From the NCBI GenBank assembly GCA_024679065.1, contig JAGIQG010000019.1, forward strand, positions 22,506,001 to 22,570,000: a stretch of 64,000 bases of DNA, read 5' to 3'. The notes beneath the pieces were generated by a model that did no database searches, was not told where the DNA came from, and worked only from the letters and a program-made list of their open reading frames with translations. Position 1 is the stretch's first letter. Each line of letters begins with the position of its first letter. Below are positions 60,341 to 64,000 of this stretch, piece by piece. Position numbers and translations under genes: made by a program. The DNA is from Sphyrna mokarran (Eukaryota).

Positions 60341-62540
60341 AGGGCAATCTCCCTCATTGACTCTCTGAGATCTCTCCTTTATTGAAAGGATGCATGTTAC
60401 CTAATATCTATTTTTATGATACTGTGCCTCAGAGGCAATACATTCCCTTAGACATGCAAACTAAAGGGGAGAACAGCATGTCCATTGGACACTACTCCAT
60501 CTTTCATCAACAGCAGAGGGAGAGCAGAAGGGTGGTACTATTAATCAGACAGAACAGTCAGGAGGGGAGAATACTTATATTTAGATCAGACATCACTGCA
60601 TAAATGTGGCTAAATAAAAAAAAAACCCTACTCATCTTGACCTTTGAGCACACTGTTGCTAATGATGTGGGAATTAATTTTTGGGAATGAAGGTATAATT
60701 ACATCTTCTGAAGAAAAACCCAAAGTTATTAAGGAGGCTAAAAAAATTGCATTCACTGAAGTTTGCATTGTTTTACATTTTGGAAGAGCAAGAAGACAAG
60801 TATTTAATTTTCTCAAATACTGGAGGAAGTCAAACATATGAAAAGTTTGTCTCTGGACCTTGCTGGGAGAATGACCCATCTACACATTATAGCCTGCAAT
60901 GTAATGGCAGTGCAGGGCAAACTGTACCTTACTGTACCATCTCGATAGTGCAAGTTATTCTCCACGTTTCCACAAGAATGCCATTAGACCCTGATGATTC
61001 ATTAACTTCAGAGCCTGGGCCACAGACACCATCATTATGATGGTGAGGGGTTGGATTTGGGGAGAGCTTCAGGACTCAGAAGATGTCAGGAGGGAAGGGC
61101 CTTCAGTGGGGGAGTTAAAATAAATATTTTGTATTAAAACAGCCTCCAGTGTCCTGTCAGGGGAATGAGCGGAACATGAATGTTAAAGCACCCAGACGCC
61201 CATGAAGAGGCAAAGGAAGGAAGGGGGTATCTGGCAAGCTCTACTGGGCCAATGATTGCCACTGTTCAGAACAAAGCTATCATAGGCTGAATATCTGTCA
61301 ATTGGGATGTGCTATATGCCTGATTGGCTGTTTTGGACACTGACCATCCAGAATACCAGGCTACTTAGCCAATGATCTGGGGTCCCAGTGAGTATCACTG
61401 TATCCCCTCATAGCCCCTTCAACACACATACATGCACATACTTGATAGTGTACTTGGGAAGAAGGAAAGGAGAGTGTGCAAAATATAATGTTGAGTTTAT
61501 CTGTTCTTGAGTCAGTTGCTTCTTTTTGTGTTTGCTTAGAAACTGAACATATAGAGCTGCAAAATTTGAACCATCAAAAGAGAAGTCAGGAAAGATGATT
61601 AGAAGTTTGGTCAAAGAGATACATTTAAAGGAGTATCTTAGGACGAAATTGAATAATCAATAAGGCAATTCCAGAGCCTTTAGCATAATTAGCTGAAAGC
61701 ATGGTCACCAATGCTGAAGTCTCGCATAATAATCACAAAATAATTACCACTTCCCATATCAGTCTTGCTTCACTTAAGCAAAGTGACTTCTAGCTCTCCT
61801 CCTGCATTCTAACTTTTCTTGCACATTCTAATTTTTGAGTTTTGTAACAGTTTTTGGTGGCCACCTTATTTTTTAACCACTTAATTGCCAAAGAATGTTT
61901 ACATTTTCTACCTCACTATATTCAGAAGCCGGGAGGAGTTACTGCACCAACTACTCCTGCCTAATGAATGGGATTTGAAACATGTCAAAGCAAGTGCTTA
62001 CCAATCACTCTTAGTTTTGTGAGGACTGCTTGTAGAATAAAAGCCAAATTGAAAAATGGCTTGAAAAAGAAGAGATGAGAGAGGTAGGACCTGAGGGAGG
62101 TTGGGTGCATTACCTCATGCCTGATTTATTATGGATAATGAATTAATGTAGAGTGAGTCACATGATCATGAAGTATTAGCACAGACAAAATAACCCTTAC
62201 ATGGTTTTTTTTATCCTGCCATATATTCTGGGAATTAGTTGTTAGAGCTTTCCAACACTGATCCCACCATAGATTGTGTGAGATTCCCTGTTTCAAAACT
62301 GTGTCCTTTTCTGGGGCAGGAGGAAGTGTTAGGGTGTGGGAGAAAATTCTGATGCAAATAAAATCCCAAGGAAACATTCTGTCCTGTGGCTTATCTGAAT
62401 GTTTAGGCCATTTTACAGACTTGCAACCGAGTCATGATGGAAGTATGTTAAATGATGCTTTGATGATGGTGGGATTTCTTGCGCCTTCTCTGACTCCTGT
62501 ATAGGTACCACACGTGGTATCAACAGTCTAAGAAAAGGAT

Positions 62541-63510
62541 TGTAATATTTTAAGCAATGAGGCAAATCTCAGAAATGTCAGAGTATCTCCAACCCTTACT
62601 GTGTTTGTTTCAGAGCTTTGGCACAAGTTGTTGGGACATGCTTGTCCACTTTTCCGTTCAACAATGCATCTACTCAAATCTGTATTTGTAAACACACTGA
62701 TTGTCTCTTTGAGATCATAATTATTGAGAAATGGAGGCACTGTCCAGTACGAAGCTATACAGACGGTAGTAAGCAACCGAGAGCTACTATGTATGCATTG
62801 CCCTGTTTCCTTCAATGTATGCAAAGACTTCATTTTAAGATATTTTTGCTTATTCAACTAACTCCGCTCAGCTTAAAAAAATTGACTGCTAACTTGCCTA
62901 CATTTTAAAATTCAGCAGGTTAAAGGTTAGCTAAAAATTGACTGCATTCTGAAGGGTACACGACAGCAGGCAAAAAAGCTTTCTATAACTGCAGCTGCCA
63001 TAGGGAACCATAGAAACCTAGGGGACAGAAGAAAGCTATTCAGTCCATTGATTCTGCCCCAACAACAATCCCATCCATGTCCTATCTCAATAATCTCAAA
63101 TATTTACCCCGCTAAACCCTTTAACTTATGCAGCCCAGGACAATTTAGCATGGCCAATGCACCTAACCTGCACATCTTTGGACTATGGGAGGAAACAATT
63201 GGAGAAACACTGAGAGGAAACCCACACTGCAAGAATTGTTTTTCTAAGTTGGAGACAGCCTGCTGAAAACATTTCCAATCATGAGACAACGGTTGAAATG
63301 TTGTTTGGATTTTGGTGTGTGTTTTCAGTTTGTTTTGAGATCAGTATATTCAAGATCAGTACAGGGACCGGCTTGCTTAGGAGCCAATCTCCATGCTTTT
63401 CATTTTTTTTATTTTCTGCTTCTGTCATGTTAATTTAATTCTTTTAATTCCTGTTCAATAAAAAGAAAACAATTTTAAAAACTGTATCAGTGCTGTTCCC
63501 TTGTCTATTC
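62541..63510 (+). mobile_element. LTR-like repeat interrupted by an HE1 SINE (63003-63232, - strand); homologous to ~56030-56420
   Basis: Shares GCTAACTTG.C.ACATTTTAAA..CAGCAGG...TTGACTGCATTCT...CAGCTGCCA|AATTGTT..TTTCTAAGTTGGAGAC with 56030-56180. Starts TGTAAT and has AATAAA near the end. Confidence 0.45.
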
Positions 63511-64000
63511 AAATGAATGAATGCACCCAACAGCTATTGTATGCTGATTTAGCCTAACCCAGCTAGAGCAGCAGATGGCATTAGAATTGGTTTCAGTGCC
63601 TGGGGTGGGGGAAAAGGGAAAATCAGAGTTGCAGCTCTCAAATTCTACTGTGCTGTTTGTGCCTTCACTAGTGAGGTGATAAGGGGAAAAAATTATGAGG
63701 AGAAAATATCTGATCATCTTCTTTTCCCCATCCAACTAGTTGATTTATTTTTGAGCATGCTGTCAAATGCAAAACCATTGTTAAAAGAACATTTCACCGA
63801 GCAATCAGAAATGTACCAAAATTGTCATCAGTTTTCATTGTCAAAGATGGAAAACAATAAATATGAAGTTGTTTCAGTGTAGATTTGTCAGAAGACTACA
63901 TGGCAGTCCATGGCCATTTTGTATAATAAGATATCAGATTTGCTGAAATATCAATTTTGCACATGGGTTCACTCGGCTGCTTGCCGTTCTTTTCAGAGGC

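Noticed and set aside
57-63289. Many 60-110 aa ORFs with motifs such as WVSSGCSGFLPQSK or WLALLPH
   Set aside because: These are translations of HE1 SINE copies, not genes.
1-64000. CRISPR arrays, operons or prokaryotic defence systems
   Set aside because: No regularly spaced repeat-spacer array and no dense coding. The sequence is vertebrate repeat-rich DNA.

Overview
Eukaryotic, AT-rich, repeat-dense DNA from a cartilaginous fish, almost certainly a shark. It carries about 20 copies of a tRNA-derived HE1-type (V-SINE) element and many 3' fragments of its CR1-clade partner LINE (HER1-like). It also holds Penelope-like element (PLE) remnants, Harbinger-type DNA transposon remnants (Myb/SANT ORF, a HARBI1-like transposase fragment, MITEs), single Tx1-like and Rex1-like LINE fragments, and LTR-like pieces. 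I recognise no intact host gene, so the window reads as intergenic or deep intronic, with a few repeat-free blocks that may be conserved non-coding elements. The most notable signals are: (1) two PLE families carrying minimal hammerhead-ribozyme motifs, inserted as fold-back units with target-site-like duplications, down to a 49-nt mini fold-back; (2) a cluster of young, near-identical local templated duplications and a 91-bp hairpin in the first 11 kb; (3) three independent decayed Harbinger Myb/SANT genes, some with splice sites still visible; (4) an orphan CpG-rich 117-codon frame at about 11.0-11.4 kb. I found no convincing wholly new biological system. Repeat family names come from recalled consensus similarity, not database searches, and most boundaries are approximate.
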